Shown here: positions 35,185 through 44,860 of the stretch, one piece after another
How the letters are laid out: every line of letters begins with the position of its first letter
Numbering within the stretch: the first letter of the stretch is position 1
IMG/VR virus record: IMGVR_UViG_3300032246_000177
Span: 1 to 58,486 of that record
Direction: 5' to 3' (one strand)
Length of the DNA stretch: 58,486 nucleotides
DNA from: a virus
Lineage: Duplodnaviria > Caudoviricetes
The notes under the pieces: generated by a model
The model's input: the letters and a program-made list of their open reading frames with translations, nothing else
Told to the model about the DNA's origin: nothing
Databases searched by the model: none
Translations under genes and position numbers: made by a program

Positions 35185-35415
35185 ATGACTGAGCGCCAGG
35201 CTATCGTTTACGAGATGATTGACGAATGGTGGAAGAAGTTCGGCTATGCGCCCTCTATAGATGATGTCATGAACCAAACCAACTTTAAGGGGCGGGGGCA
35301 TACGCACAGGATTATGAAGCAACTATGTGATTTAGGTCTCTGTAAAAGATTACCCAATCGGGCGAGAAGTATTAGACCTACCTATATGCGTGTCCATAAG
35401 TTAGAACGAGAATGA
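35185..35415 (+). CDS. Stand-alone LexA-type DNA-binding domain
   Basis: MTERQ..VYEMI......GYAPSIDDV...LCDLG...R.PNRARSI; no peptidase domain. Confidence 0.8.
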   Translation: MTERQAIVYEMIDEWWKKFGYAPSIDDVMNQTNFKGRGHTHRIMKQLCDLGLCKRLPNRARSIRPTYMRVHKLERE

Positions 35416-36899
35416 ATATAGAAGAGATTATCAAAGGTTTACCGCCAGAAGAACAAGATTCTTTGTTCTCTATGGCGAAAGACTATATGGACTCTTTAGG
35501 TCGGGAAAAGGCTCAAACGGACTTTATGGAGTTTGTCCGTCAGATGTGGCCCGGATTTGTAAACGGCCCTCACCATAAGATTATGGCTAAAAAGTTCCAA
35601 GAGATAGCCGAAGGCAAATGTAAAAGACTTATCATTAATATGCCTCCCCGCCATACCAAAAGTGAGTTTGCATCGTATATGCTTCCCGCATGGTTCTTAG
35701 GAAAGTATCCTAGTAAGAAGATTATTCAATGTTCTAATACCGCAGAATTAGCGGTCGGTTTTGGTAGGAAAGTGAGGAACCTAGTTGGTAGCGATGCATA
35801 CTCAAAGATATTCCCGAATGTCGCTCTTAAGTCTGATAGTAAGGCTGCTGGTCGTTGGGCTACTAATGCCGATGGCGATTACTTCGCTATTGGTGTTGGC
35901 GGTACTGTTACAGGTAAAGGAGCTGATCTGCTCATTATTGACGATCCGCACTCGGAGCAAGAGGCGGCGATAGCAGCCACTAACCCAGAAGTCTACGATA
36001 AGGTTTATGAATGGTACTCATCAGGTCCTCGTCAACGACTTCAACCAGGTGGTGCCATTATTGTCGTTATGACCCGCTGGAGTCTAAGAGACTTAACGGG
36101 CAAGATTTTAAAGTCTTCCATTGAGCGTGACGGGGATATGTGGGATGTGATTAACTTCCCCGCCATTTTGCCAAATGAAGAACCTTTGTGGCCGGCATTC
36201 TGGCCGTTAAAAGAACTTCTTGCCTTAAAAGAAGAACTTCCTGTTTCTAAATGGAATGCCCAGTATCAGCAAAGCCCTACGAGTGAAGAGGGCGCCCTTG
36301 TTAAAAGAGAGTGGTGGAAGCTTTGGGAGTCAGATCGTCCTCCGCAATGTCAATTCATTATCCAATCTTGGGATACCGCCTTTACCAAGAACGAACGGTC
36401 AGACTACTCAGCCTGTACGACTTGGGGTGTCTTTTACAAGGACGAAGATGAAATGCAACCCAATATCATCTTGCTTGATGCTTTTAAAGAAAGACTTGAG
36501 TTTCCAGAATTAAAGGAGCGGGCGATCAGAATGTATAAAGAATGGGAACCCGATGCGTTTATCGTAGAGGCTAAGGCGTCTGGTGCCCCGCTTATATTTG
36601 AATTGCGGCGCATGGGTATCCCTGTATCAGAGTTTACACCTACTCGTGGCAATGATAAGATAGCTCGATTAAATTCGGTAACAGATTTGTTTGCATCCGG
36701 CAAAGTGTGGGCGCCGGGAACAAGATGGGCTGATGAAGTGATGGAAGAGATGGCGGCATTCCCAAACTCGGATCACGATGACTTAGTGGATAGCTCCACA
36801 CAAGCATTGATTCGTTTTCGGAAAGGCGGTTTTATTTCTCTACCTTCAGATGACCAAGACGAACCACAATTTTACAGACGGAAGGCTGCGTACTACTAA
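35412..36899 (+). CDS. terL: Terminase large subunit
   Basis: MPPRHTKS Walker A, LLIIDDP Walker B, SWDTA and HDDLVDS nuclease motifs. Confidence 0.95.
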   Translation: MNIEEIIKGLPPEEQDSLFSMAKDYMDSLGREKAQTDFMEFVRQMWPGFVNGPHHKIMAKKFQEIAEGKCKRLIINMPPRHTKSEFASYMLPAWFLGKYPSKKIIQCSNTAELAVGFGRKVRNLVGSDAYSKIFPNVALKSDSKAAGRWATNADGDYFAIGVGGTVTGKGADLLIIDDPHSEQEAAIAATNPEVYDKVYEWYSSGPRQRLQPGGAIIVVMTRWSLRDLTGKILKSSIERDGDMWDVINFPAILPNEEPLWPAFWPLKELLALKEELPVSKWNAQYQQSPTSEEGALVKREWWKLWESDRPPQCQFIIQSWDTAFTKNERSDYSACTTWGVFYKDEDEMQPNIILLDAFKERLEFPELKERAIRMYKEWEPDAFIVEAKASGAPLIFELRRMGIPVSEFTPTRGNDKIARLNSVTDLFASGKVWAPGTRWADEVMEEMAAFPNSDHDDLVDSSTQALIRFRKGGFISLPSDDQDEPQFYRRKAAYY

Positions 36900-37054
36900 T
36901 GGTTGAATTACGCAAAGGCTTTAAAACTGAAGAAGAAGCAATAGCTTTTAAAAAAACTATTGTGGGAGATTACGAAATTGTTGGTCTATATGAGGGAATC
37001 TTCCCAGGACCAGCATTTGCATACTTTTTAAGAGAGATAGAACATGCCAATTGA
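36899..37054 (+). CDS. Hypothetical protein (51 aa, not in ORF track)
   Basis: TAATG coupling; MVELRKGFKTEEEAIAF. Confidence 0.5.
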   Translation: MVELRKGFKTEEEAIAFKKTIVGDYEIVGLYEGIFPGPAFAYFLREIEHAN

Positions 37055-39515
37055 TAAAGCACTATACCAAGCCCCAGTCGGAATCGACACACTGGCAGAA
37101 CAAGAACCTGAGATGGAGATCGAAGTAGTTGATCCAGAATCAGTAACGATTGGTATAGATGGACTCGAAATTGAAATCGAGCCAACTGAAGAGGGCGAAG
37201 ATGACTTTGATGCCAACTTAGCGGAATACATGAGCGAAGGCGATTTATCTTCTATTACTGGAGATTTAATCGGCGATTTTGATAATGACATCTCTTCCCG
37301 CAAAGACTGGATTCAAACCTATGTAGATGGATTAGAACTCTTGGGTCTGAAGATCGAAGAGCGAACTGAACCATGGGAAGGTGCTTGTGGAGTATTCCAT
37401 CCATTGCTATCAGAAGCAGTAGTCAAGTTCCAAGCTGAAACCATGATGTCTACTTTCCCAGCTTCTGGGCCAGTAAAGACACAGATCATTGGTAAAGAAA
37501 CACCAGAAAAGAAACAAGCATCCGAAAGAGTAACGGCTGATATGAACTATCAGTTGACAGATGTTATGCAAGAATATCGCCCAGAGCATGAAAGAATGTT
37601 ATGGAGTTTAGGTATTGCTGGTAACGCATTTAAGAAGGTTTACTTTGATCCTTCTTTAAATCGTCAAGTGTCTATGTTTGTTCCTGCCGAAGACATAGTC
37701 GTTCCTTACGGCGCTTCAAACCTAGAGTCAGCAGATCGTGTAACCCATGTAATGCGCAAGACTGAAAACGATTTACTCCGCCTTCAGCATTCGGGTTTCT
37801 ACCGAGATATAGACTTAGGTACTCCTGATAATGTCTTAGACGAAGTAGAAAAGAAAATTGCAGAGAAACTTGGCTTTAGAGCTACCTCTGATGATCGTTA
37901 TAAAGTTTTAGAAATGCACGTTAACCTAGACTTACCGGGTTACGAGCATACCGATGATGAAGGAGAGCCAACAGGTATTGCTCTTCCTTATGTTGTAACA
38001 ATTGAAAAAGGATCAAACACTGTATTAGCGATCCGCAGAAATTGGAACCCAGAAGATGAAACTCATAAAAAGCGTCAGCACTTTGTTCACTACGGATACA
38101 TTCCGGGCTTTGGTTTCTATTGTTTCGGTCTCATCCATCTTATCGGCGCTTTTGCTAAGTCTGGTACTTCTATACTACGCCAGCTTGTCGACGCTGGATC
38201 TCTCTCAAACTTGCCGGGTGGCTTTAAGACCCGTGGCTTGCGAGTTAAAGGCGACGACACACCGATAGCTCCAGGTGAATTCCGTGATGTAGACGTTCCA
38301 TCAGGCACGATGAAAGACAACATCATGCCATTGCCATACAAAGAACCTTCAATGGTTCTGGCTGGTTTGTTAGATAAGATCGTTGACGAAGGTCGTCGCT
38401 TTGCTTCTGCTGCCGATATGAAGGTTGCAGATATGTCAGGGAATACCCCAGTAGGGACAACCCTAGCAATCTTGGAAAGAACGCTCAAAGTAATGTCTGC
38501 GGTACAAGCCCGTATTCATTATTCAATGAAGCAAGAGTTCAAGCTACTCAAGAAGATTATTGCTGACTACACTCCAGAAGACTATAGCTACGAGCCGTCT
38601 GAAGGTCGCCGTTCTGCCAAGAAGTCTGACTATGATGATGTAGATGTCATTCCAGTAAGCGATCCTAATGCAGCAACAATGAGCCAGAAGATTATGCAGT
38701 ATCAAGCTGCCCTTCAGTTAGCTCAGTCAGCGCCACAACTTTATAACTTGCCACTACTGCACCGTCAGATGCTTGATGTTCTTGGATTAAAGGATGCTAA
38801 CAAGTTAGTACCAATGCCAGATGACCAGAAACCAAGAGATCCAATCTCTGAGAATATGGCTGCATTTAAGATGGAACCATTGAAGGCATTTATTTATCAA
38901 GATCATCAGGCGCATATTACTGTCCATATGGCAGCAATGCAAGATCCTAAGATTATGCAGACGATGGGTCAAAACCCTAATGCTCAAATGATCATGGGCG
39001 CAATGATGTCACATATCCAAGAACACGTTGGATACGAATACCGTCGCCTGATGGAAGAGATGATTGGTGTTCCAATCCCTTATTCAGAAGAAGACGACTA
39101 CGAAGTACCAGAAGAAGTTGAATTACAGATTGCTCGCTTGGCAGCTCCTGCAGCTCAGAAGTTACTGCAACAAAGCCAATCACAAGTTGCACAGCAACAA
39201 GCACAACAGCAAGCGCAAGATCCGTTATTGCAGATCCAGCAAGCTGAATTGCAAATCAAGCAACAAGAAGCACAAACATCTCAACAAAAAGTTCAGATTG
39301 ATGCACAAGCTAAAGCAGAACAAATGCAAATTGAGCGGGAACGTATAGCTTCTCAAGAGCGTATTGCTGCTATGCAGAATCAAGCTAAAGTTGAAAAAGA
39401 TCGTACTCAACTCTCTATTCAAAGTGAGATTGAACATGCGAAGCTTGCGGTGGACATCGGCAAGCACAGTCAACAGATGTCCAAAGAGAAGGAGCAACCA
39501 ACGAAAGGTAGTTAA
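37044..39515 (+). CDS. Portal protein (P22-like, with Gln-rich barrel)
   Basis: 823 aa directly after terL; HPLLSEAVVKFQA motif; C-terminal Q-rich coiled coil. Confidence 0.88.
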   Translation: MPIDKALYQAPVGIDTLAEQEPEMEIEVVDPESVTIGIDGLEIEIEPTEEGEDDFDANLAEYMSEGDLSSITGDLIGDFDNDISSRKDWIQTYVDGLELLGLKIEERTEPWEGACGVFHPLLSEAVVKFQAETMMSTFPASGPVKTQIIGKETPEKKQASERVTADMNYQLTDVMQEYRPEHERMLWSLGIAGNAFKKVYFDPSLNRQVSMFVPAEDIVVPYGASNLESADRVTHVMRKTENDLLRLQHSGFYRDIDLGTPDNVLDEVEKKIAEKLGFRATSDDRYKVLEMHVNLDLPGYEHTDDEGEPTGIALPYVVTIEKGSNTVLAIRRNWNPEDETHKKRQHFVHYGYIPGFGFYCFGLIHLIGAFAKSGTSILRQLVDAGSLSNLPGGFKTRGLRVKGDDTPIAPGEFRDVDVPSGTMKDNIMPLPYKEPSMVLAGLLDKIVDEGRRFASAADMKVADMSGNTPVGTTLAILERTLKVMSAVQARIHYSMKQEFKLLKKIIADYTPEDYSYEPSEGRRSAKKSDYDDVDVIPVSDPNAATMSQKIMQYQAALQLAQSAPQLYNLPLLHRQMLDVLGLKDANKLVPMPDDQKPRDPISENMAAFKMEPLKAFIYQDHQAHITVHMAAMQDPKIMQTMGQNPNAQMIMGAMMSHIQEHVGYEYRRLMEEMIGVPIPYSEEDDYEVPEEVELQIARLAAPAAQKLLQQSQSQVAQQQAQQQAQDPLLQIQQAELQIKQQEAQTSQQKVQIDAQAKAEQMQIERERIASQERIAAMQNQAKVEKDRTQLSIQSEIEHAKLAVDIGKHSQQMSKEKEQPTKGS

Positions 39516-39703
39516 TGGATCCTTTAGATGTAGTACTCAAAGAAGCTAGAGACCGAATTGAGATGCTCAGTGAGGCATTAAAAAGAGGTAGCTGCACGAG
39601 TTTTGAGGAATATAAGTACACATGCGGTCAGATTCGAGGTCTAGAGTCCGCATGCGCAATAACCCTAGACCTTCAGAAAAATATGGAGAACTCCGATGAG
39701 TGA
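39515..39703 (+). CDS. Hypothetical protein
   Basis: EEYKYTCGQIRGL; sits between portal and GroES. Confidence 0.7.
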   Translation: MDPLDVVLKEARDRIEMLSEALKRGSCTSFEEYKYTCGQIRGLESACAITLDLQKNMENSDE

Positions 39704-40100
39704 CCAATTAGCATTAGATAGAGCAGTAGATTTATCAGCATTACTGGATAAAGCTCCAGAAGAAAAAGCACAGCAACTCCCTATTCCTTCAGGATATCGC
39801 ATCCTTTGCGCTATTCCAGAAGTGGAAAATGAGTATGACAGCGGTCTATTAAAAGCAGACCAAACCATTAACTATGAAGAAAAGCTGGCAACAGTACTAT
39901 TCGTGGTCGAAATGGGGCCGGATTGCTACAAAGATGAGAAACGATTCCCCAACGGAGCATGGTGTCAAAAGGGTGATTTCGTAATTGTCAGACCAAACGC
40001 TGGAACACGCCTGTTAATTCATGGTCGTGAGTTCAGAATGATCAATGATGACGTTGTGGAAGCCGTAGTTCAGGATCCACGTGGCATCACACGTGCTTAA
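39696..40100 (+). CDS. groES: GroES-like co-chaperonin
   Basis: PSGYRIL, GPDCY, KGDFV and FRMINDDVVEAVV. Confidence 0.85.
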   Translation: MSDQLALDRAVDLSALLDKAPEEKAQQLPIPSGYRILCAIPEVENEYDSGLLKADQTINYEEKLATVLFVVEMGPDCYKDEKRFPNGAWCQKGDFVIVRPNAGTRLLIHGREFRMINDDVVEAVVQDPRGITRA

Positions 40101-40110
40101 GGAGCTATAA

Positions 40111-41079
40111 ATGGCTGAAAATAAAATGGAATTAGAAGAATTCGAGTTTCCAGACGAAGTAAAGGCTAAACCCGATACTGAATCTAGTGATGACTTTGAA
40201 ATTGAGATTGAAAATGACGTCCCTCCCCAGGATCGCAACCGTAAGGCTGTAAATCCAGAGGTAGTTGAAGCTTTAGAAGAAGAAGATCTAGAGAAATTCA
40301 ACAATGACCAGAATACCGCCTTGAAAGAAGCGAAAAAGGTCTACCATCAGGAGCGTCGTGAGAAGGAAGCGGCTATTCGTGAGCAACAAGAAGCGATTAA
40401 CCTAGCTAAAAAAGCGTTGGCTGAGAACAAAATGCTCAAAGAACGACTCCATAACGGCGAATCTGTGTATGTTGATACAGTAAAACATGCAGCATTGTCA
40501 GAATTAGAGTCAGCAAAGCAAGATTTCAAGCTGGCATATGAGTCTGGTGACGCTGATAAGCTATTAGAAGCCCAAGAACGCATGACAAATGCGAAGTTTC
40601 GGATGGATAAAGCAGAAAATTATCAACCACAGTTTAAAAAAGCTTCTCAAGAAGAACAATTTGATGTACAAATACCACAACCGCAAGTAAATGCGCCTGA
40701 TCGTAAAGCTGTTGCATGGCAAAAGCAGAACGATTGGTTCGGATCCGATGAGGAAATGACCAGTTTGGCGCTTGGATTGCACGAGAAATTGGTACGAAAT
40801 GGGGTCCCGGCTGGATCTGATGAGTACTACGAAAGCATTGATAAAACGATGCGCAAACGTTTCCCAGAGAATTTTGATGGGGAGCAAGAAGTAGAGACTG
40901 AAGAACCCGCTAAGGTTAATCGGCCTAAAGCTAGTACGGTCGTCGCTCCGGCAACCAGAAGTACGTCTCCGAAAAAGATTCGTATTAGTAAAACCCAAGT
41001 CGCATTAGCGAAAAAACTGGGTTTAACCCCAGAGCAGTATGCCCGTGAACTAACTAAATTGGAGGCCCAAAATGGCTGA
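40111..41079 (+). CDS. Capsid scaffolding protein
   Basis: Acidic coiled coil, NDWFG and AKKLGLTPEQYA. Confidence 0.75.
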   Translation: MAENKMELEEFEFPDEVKAKPDTESSDDFEIEIENDVPPQDRNRKAVNPEVVEALEEEDLEKFNNDQNTALKEAKKVYHQERREKEAAIREQQEAINLAKKALAENKMLKERLHNGESVYVDTVKHAALSELESAKQDFKLAYESGDADKLLEAQERMTNAKFRMDKAENYQPQFKKASQEEQFDVQIPQPQVNAPDRKAVAWQKQNDWFGSDEEMTSLALGLHEKLVRNGVPAGSDEYYESIDKTMRKRFPENFDGEQEVETEEPAKVNRPKASTVVAPATRSTSPKKIRISKTQVALAKKLGLTPEQYARELTKLEAQNG

Positions 41080-41524
41080 AGCAAGAATAAAACGTGATGT
41101 AGATACTAGAGCAACTTTTGAACGTCCTCAACAGTGGGCGCAACCTGAGTTACTTCCTGAGCCTGATAAAGAGGCTGGGTATTCATATCGCTGGGTACGT
41201 GTTGCAAATTTGAACACTGCTGATCCACGCAATCTTTCCGCTAAATTACGGGAAGGTTGGGAGCCAGTGCGCATTGAAGAACAACACAAATTTCAACTGT
41301 TAGTTGATCCTCAAAGTCGTTTTAAAGACAACATTGAGATCGGCGGCTTGTTATTGTGTAAGACACCAACTGAGTTTGTAGAGCAGCGTAACGCTTATTA
41401 CGCCAAGCAAAGCGCATCTCAGACTGATGCAGTAGACAATAACTTGATGCGTCAAAGCGACCCAAGGATGCCACTCTTTAAAGAGAACAAATCCTCGACT
41501 AGCTTTGGCAAAGGTAATAACTAA
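41072..41524 (+). CDS. Head-module hypothetical protein
   Basis: YRWVR...LREGWEPV...GGLLLCK. Confidence 0.75.
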   Translation: MAEARIKRDVDTRATFERPQQWAQPELLPEPDKEAGYSYRWVRVANLNTADPRNLSAKLREGWEPVRIEEQHKFQLLVDPQSRFKDNIEIGGLLLCKTPTEFVEQRNAYYAKQSASQTDAVDNNLMRQSDPRMPLFKENKSSTSFGKGNN

Positions 41525-41551
41525 CTTTTTTTAACTTATTAGGAGAATTAA

Positions 41552-42178
41552 ATGGCTTATCCAACCGTTTCTGCTCCCTACGGTCTTGACCCTGTTAACC
41601 GTGTAGACTTTATGCCATATGCTGGCGCAACTCGTCTACTGCCGATTGCTAGTACTTATAATACTGCGATCTACAACGGTGACATCGTCATGGTCAAAGG
41701 TGGCAATATCATCAAATCGAACGTAACTGTCGATTCCACAACTGACAATACAGCGAACCTCACTTATGGTGTGTTCATGGGTTGCCAGTACGTTAACTCA
41801 CAAAGTCAGCTAGTTCAAGCTCAGTATTACCCAGGTAATGCTGCTGCAACTTCTGCTACTGCGTATGTAGTTGACGACGCTATGGCTGCATTTAAAGTAG
41901 CAATTACCTATTCTGGTAACGCTACTGTTACTACTGCTAACGCATCTATTGTTGGTACTAATATGTCCATCGTTCAAGGTACTGGTTCTTCCACTACTGG
42001 TAACTCTGGCTTGTCAGTTTCTGCACCAGTAGTTGGTACAGGTAATGCTGCTGCTTGGCCTGTTCGTGTAATTAACGTAGTTCCAGCAACAGCAGTTAAT
42101 GCAACCGCCTTCACAGAAGTTATCGTGAAGTTAAATAACCCACAAATTCTGTTGCCAGCGGCACAGAACTACGTCTAA
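41552..42178 (+). CDS. Capsid decoration/minor capsid protein
   Basis: Beta-rich; immediately upstream of the MCP; AGGAG RBS. Confidence 0.6.
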   Translation: MAYPTVSAPYGLDPVNRVDFMPYAGATRLLPIASTYNTAIYNGDIVMVKGGNIIKSNVTVDSTTDNTANLTYGVFMGCQYVNSQSQLVQAQYYPGNAAATSATAYVVDDAMAAFKVAITYSGNATVTTANASIVGTNMSIVQGTGSSTTGNSGLSVSAPVVGTGNAAAWPVRVINVVPATAVNATAFTEVIVKLNNPQILLPAAQNYV

Positions 42179-42192
42179 TAAAGGAGCTTTAA

Positions 42193-43101
42193 ATGGCTAT
42201 TTCACGTGCACAGCTCCTCAAAGAGCTACTCCCAGGACTCAATGCCTTGTTTGGACTTGAGTACGCTCGCTACGGCGAAGAACACAAAGAGATCTATGAA
42301 ACAGAGACCTCTGAGCGTTCATTTGAAGAAGAAACAAAACTGTCAGGTTTCTCTGCAGCTCCTGTTAAAAACGAAGGCTCAGCCATCGCTTATGACAATG
42401 CTCAAGAAGCATGGACAGCTCGCTACAACCACGAAACTATTGCCTTGGGCTTTAGCTTGACTGAAGAAGCAATCGAAGACAACCTCTACGATTCTTTATC
42501 AGCTCGTTATACCAAGTCTTTGGCTCGTGCTATGGCTTATACCAAGCAAGTTAAAGCTGCTGCTGTATTGAATAACGGCTTCACTACCGGTTATAACGGT
42601 GGCGACGGCGTTCCTCTGTTCAGCTCATCACACCCATTGGTATCTGGCGGTACAAACAGCAATCAACCAGCTACGGCTGCCGACTTGAATGAGACTTCTT
42701 TGGAAGCCGCTGTCATTCAAATCGCTGCTTGGACTGATGAGCGTGGTTTGTTAATCGCTGCTAAGCCTAAGAAATTGGTTGTTCCACCTGCATTACAGTT
42801 CGTGTCAACTCGTTTGCTCGAAACTGAATTGCGTGTTGGTACAAACGATAACGATATCAACGCTATCAAGAACAATGGTTCTGTCTCTGAAGGTTACGCT
42901 GTTAACCACTTCTTGACCGATACAAATGCTTGGTTCCTGACAACTGATGTTCCAAACGGTATGAAGCATTTCGTTCGTACTCCTTTGAGCAACAGCATGG
43001 ACGGCGATTTCGACACTGGTAACGTTCGTTACAAGTCTCGTGAGCGTTATAGCTTCGGTTGGTCTGATCCACTAGGAATGTTTGGATCTGCTGGCGCTTA
43101 A
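42193..43101 (+). CDS. Major capsid protein
   Basis: MAISRAQLLKELLPGL...RYKSRERYSFGWSDP; biased codon usage; terminator follows. Confidence 0.9.
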   Translation: MAISRAQLLKELLPGLNALFGLEYARYGEEHKEIYETETSERSFEEETKLSGFSAAPVKNEGSAIAYDNAQEAWTARYNHETIALGFSLTEEAIEDNLYDSLSARYTKSLARAMAYTKQVKAAAVLNNGFTTGYNGGDGVPLFSSSHPLVSGGTNSNQPATAADLNETSLEAAVIQIAAWTDERGLLIAAKPKKLVVPPALQFVSTRLLETELRVGTNDNDINAIKNNGSVSEGYAVNHFLTDTNAWFLTTDVPNGMKHFVRTPLSNSMDGDFDTGNVRYKSRERYSFGWSDPLGMFGSAGA

Positions 43102-43119
43102 TCAAAGCCCCCCAGCAAC

Positions 43120-43155
43120 AAGAAAGCCCCACCCTACCCGGTGGGGTTTTTCTTT
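43120..43155 (+). terminator. Rho-independent terminator
   Basis: GCCCCACC-loop-GGTGGGGT-TTTTCTTT. Confidence 0.85.
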
Positions 43156-43162
43156 ATAAAGC

Positions 43163-43190
43163 TTGCACTTATTTATAAATGTAGTAATAT
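43163..43190 (+). promoter_or_regulatory. Putative promoter
   Basis: TTGCAC-16-TAATAT. Confidence 0.5.
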
Positions 43191-43198
43191 TCAAGAAA

Positions 43199-43274
43199 CC
43201 GGGAAAACCGGCTTGTTAAACTGTCCCGGCAGATGCATACACTATTAACAGGCCTGATCTTTGTATGAAGGACA
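43199..43274 (+). ncRNA. Candidate pseudoknotted 5' leader RNA
   Basis: Crossing stems CCGGGA/TCCCGG, GGCTTGTTAA/TTAACAGGCC and CATACA/TGTATG. Confidence 0.5.
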
Positions 43275-43281
43275 ATTTATT

Positions 43282-43791
43282 ATGGCATTATCTACAACCT
43301 CAGCCGTATGGCGCTCGACAGGTGGCGATCAAACTCGTACCGCTTTTGCTGGCTCTATGCACATGGCTGCTCAGTTTTACATCGCTAACACTTCTGCTAC
43401 TTCAAACGTAGTAGTATCTTCAGCTTCTGGCGCTCCAGCTTTGATTCTGCCAGCTAACGCTGTTGTTACTGACGTTATCATCACCAATGGTTCTACTGGC
43501 GCAAACTCTACATGTAACATTGGTTTTACACCATTGGTTTCTGTAGGTCCTGGTCAAGCTACAACTTTAGGTACTAATGTTCCTGCAGGTTTAGTAAACA
43601 ACGCCAACTTAGTAACTCGCACTACTATTTCTGTTGGTTCAACAGGCCAAGGTACAGCATTAGGTAACGTAGCTAACTCAACTAACTTAGTTTTAGTTAC
43701 TTCTGCTATCGGTACTGCTGGCGCTGTTGGTGGTCCTGTAACTGGTATTATTCAATACTACGTAGCTGACAACGGTCAACAAAACGTTTAA
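43282..43791 (+). CDS. Virion structural protein
   Basis: AAGGA RBS; beta-rich with LPANAVV. Confidence 0.7.
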   Translation: MALSTTSAVWRSTGGDQTRTAFAGSMHMAAQFYIANTSATSNVVVSSASGAPALILPANAVVTDVIITNGSTGANSTCNIGFTPLVSVGPGQATTLGTNVPAGLVNNANLVTRTTISVGSTGQGTALGNVANSTNLVLVTSAIGTAGAVGGPVTGIIQYYVADNGQQNV

Positions 43792-43839
43792 TTAATCTAG
43801 GGGGATTCGTCCCCCGCTTAAATCTTAAGGAGATTAATT

Positions 43840-44361
43840 ATGATGCAAACTGACGTTAAATCGGCTCACCAATCGGTTGCTGGATTTTTAGTTCCAGCTA
43901 TTAGAACTCGTGTCAAACAAATTACATATTCTGGTAATGGATCACAAGCTGGCGCACTCATGCTTTTTGATACAACAGTAGCTCCAACTACAGCTAGTTA
44001 TTCTAAAACTGCTAACGTTGTAACAGTTAGCTCTACAGCCCACGGACTTTCTAATGGCGCTATAGTAGGTATTGGGTATTTAAGTGCTACAGGAAATTCA
44101 GCAACAGACGGTAATTATGCAATTTCTAATGCTTTAGCGAATACTTTTAACATTACAGACATTAATTTAGTATCTAACGTAAGTGGCGGTACAGGTTGTT
44201 ATTTTGTAGCGAATGGTAATACTTGGATTACTTCATTTGATACTTTAACTAGCCAAACTTCAACACAACAAGTTAGCATTCCTGGTGAAGGTGTTTTAGT
44301 GCAAAATGGTTTGTATGCCCAAATGAACTCTATTGGTTTTGTAACTGTATTTTATGGCTAA
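43840..44361 (+). CDS. Virion structural protein
   Basis: MQTDVKS...IPGEGVL...TVFYG. Confidence 0.7.
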   Translation: MMQTDVKSAHQSVAGFLVPAIRTRVKQITYSGNGSQAGALMLFDTTVAPTTASYSKTANVVTVSSTAHGLSNGAIVGIGYLSATGNSATDGNYAISNALANTFNITDINLVSNVSGGTGCYFVANGNTWITSFDTLTSQTSTQQVSIPGEGVLVQNGLYAQMNSIGFVTVFYG

Positions 44362-44614
44362 GAAAAAAGGCCCTTCTCTAGCAGTTGGTAGAGGCGAGAA
44401 ACTTCCCGTTTCTCAAGGGGCTGGTCTTACCGCTAAAGGTAGAGCGAAATACAATGCAGCTACAGGTAGCAATTTAAAAGCCCCACAACCTGAAGGCGGA
44501 GCAAGGAAGAAGTCGTTCTGCGCACGTATGTCTGGTATGCCGGGTCCTATGAAAGACGAAAAGGGTCGCCCTACTCGTAAAGCGGCTTCTTTAGCCAGAT
44601 GGAAATGCAAATGA
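44354..44614 (+). CDS. Small basic protein (RKKSFCARM type)
   Basis: Lys/Arg-rich; GLTAKGRAKYN...SLARWKC. Confidence 0.7.
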   Translation: MAKKKGPSLAVGRGEKLPVSQGAGLTAKGRAKYNAATGSNLKAPQPEGGARKKSFCARMSGMPGPMKDEKGRPTRKAASLARWKCK

Positions 44615-44859
44615 CTTTAGACGAACAAACCCGCCTAGAGCTTATACAGTTAGTTAAAACGGCTGTTAGCGAAGCAGTAGATTCACACCCATTAAGTCCA
44701 GATGAAGTTCATTGGGTACGCATGGCTATACAAGCTGAGGCTGAAAGAGCTGAAGTGCGTAAAGCTATCATCAATAAAACTTTAGCTGGTTTAGTTTGGA
44801 TTGGTATTGTTGCTACAGGCGGTTGGCTAGTTGATTACATATCAAGTCATTGGAAATAA
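44611..44859 (+). CDS. Single-TM membrane protein
   Basis: C-terminal hydrophobic helix. Confidence 0.6.
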   Translation: MTLDEQTRLELIQLVKTAVSEAVDSHPLSPDEVHWVRMAIQAEAERAEVRKAIINKTLAGLVWIGIVATGGWLVDYISSHWK

Positions 44860-44860
44860 T

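Noticed and set aside
36820-36845. FRKGG at the TerL C-terminus as another xxGG site
   Set aside because: Single instance in a non-virion enzyme; may be coincidental.
43199-43274. HDV-like or twister ribozyme
   Set aside because: Stem order does not match the HDV P1-P2-P3 topology and twister core residues were not found; kept only as an unknown pseudoknot.
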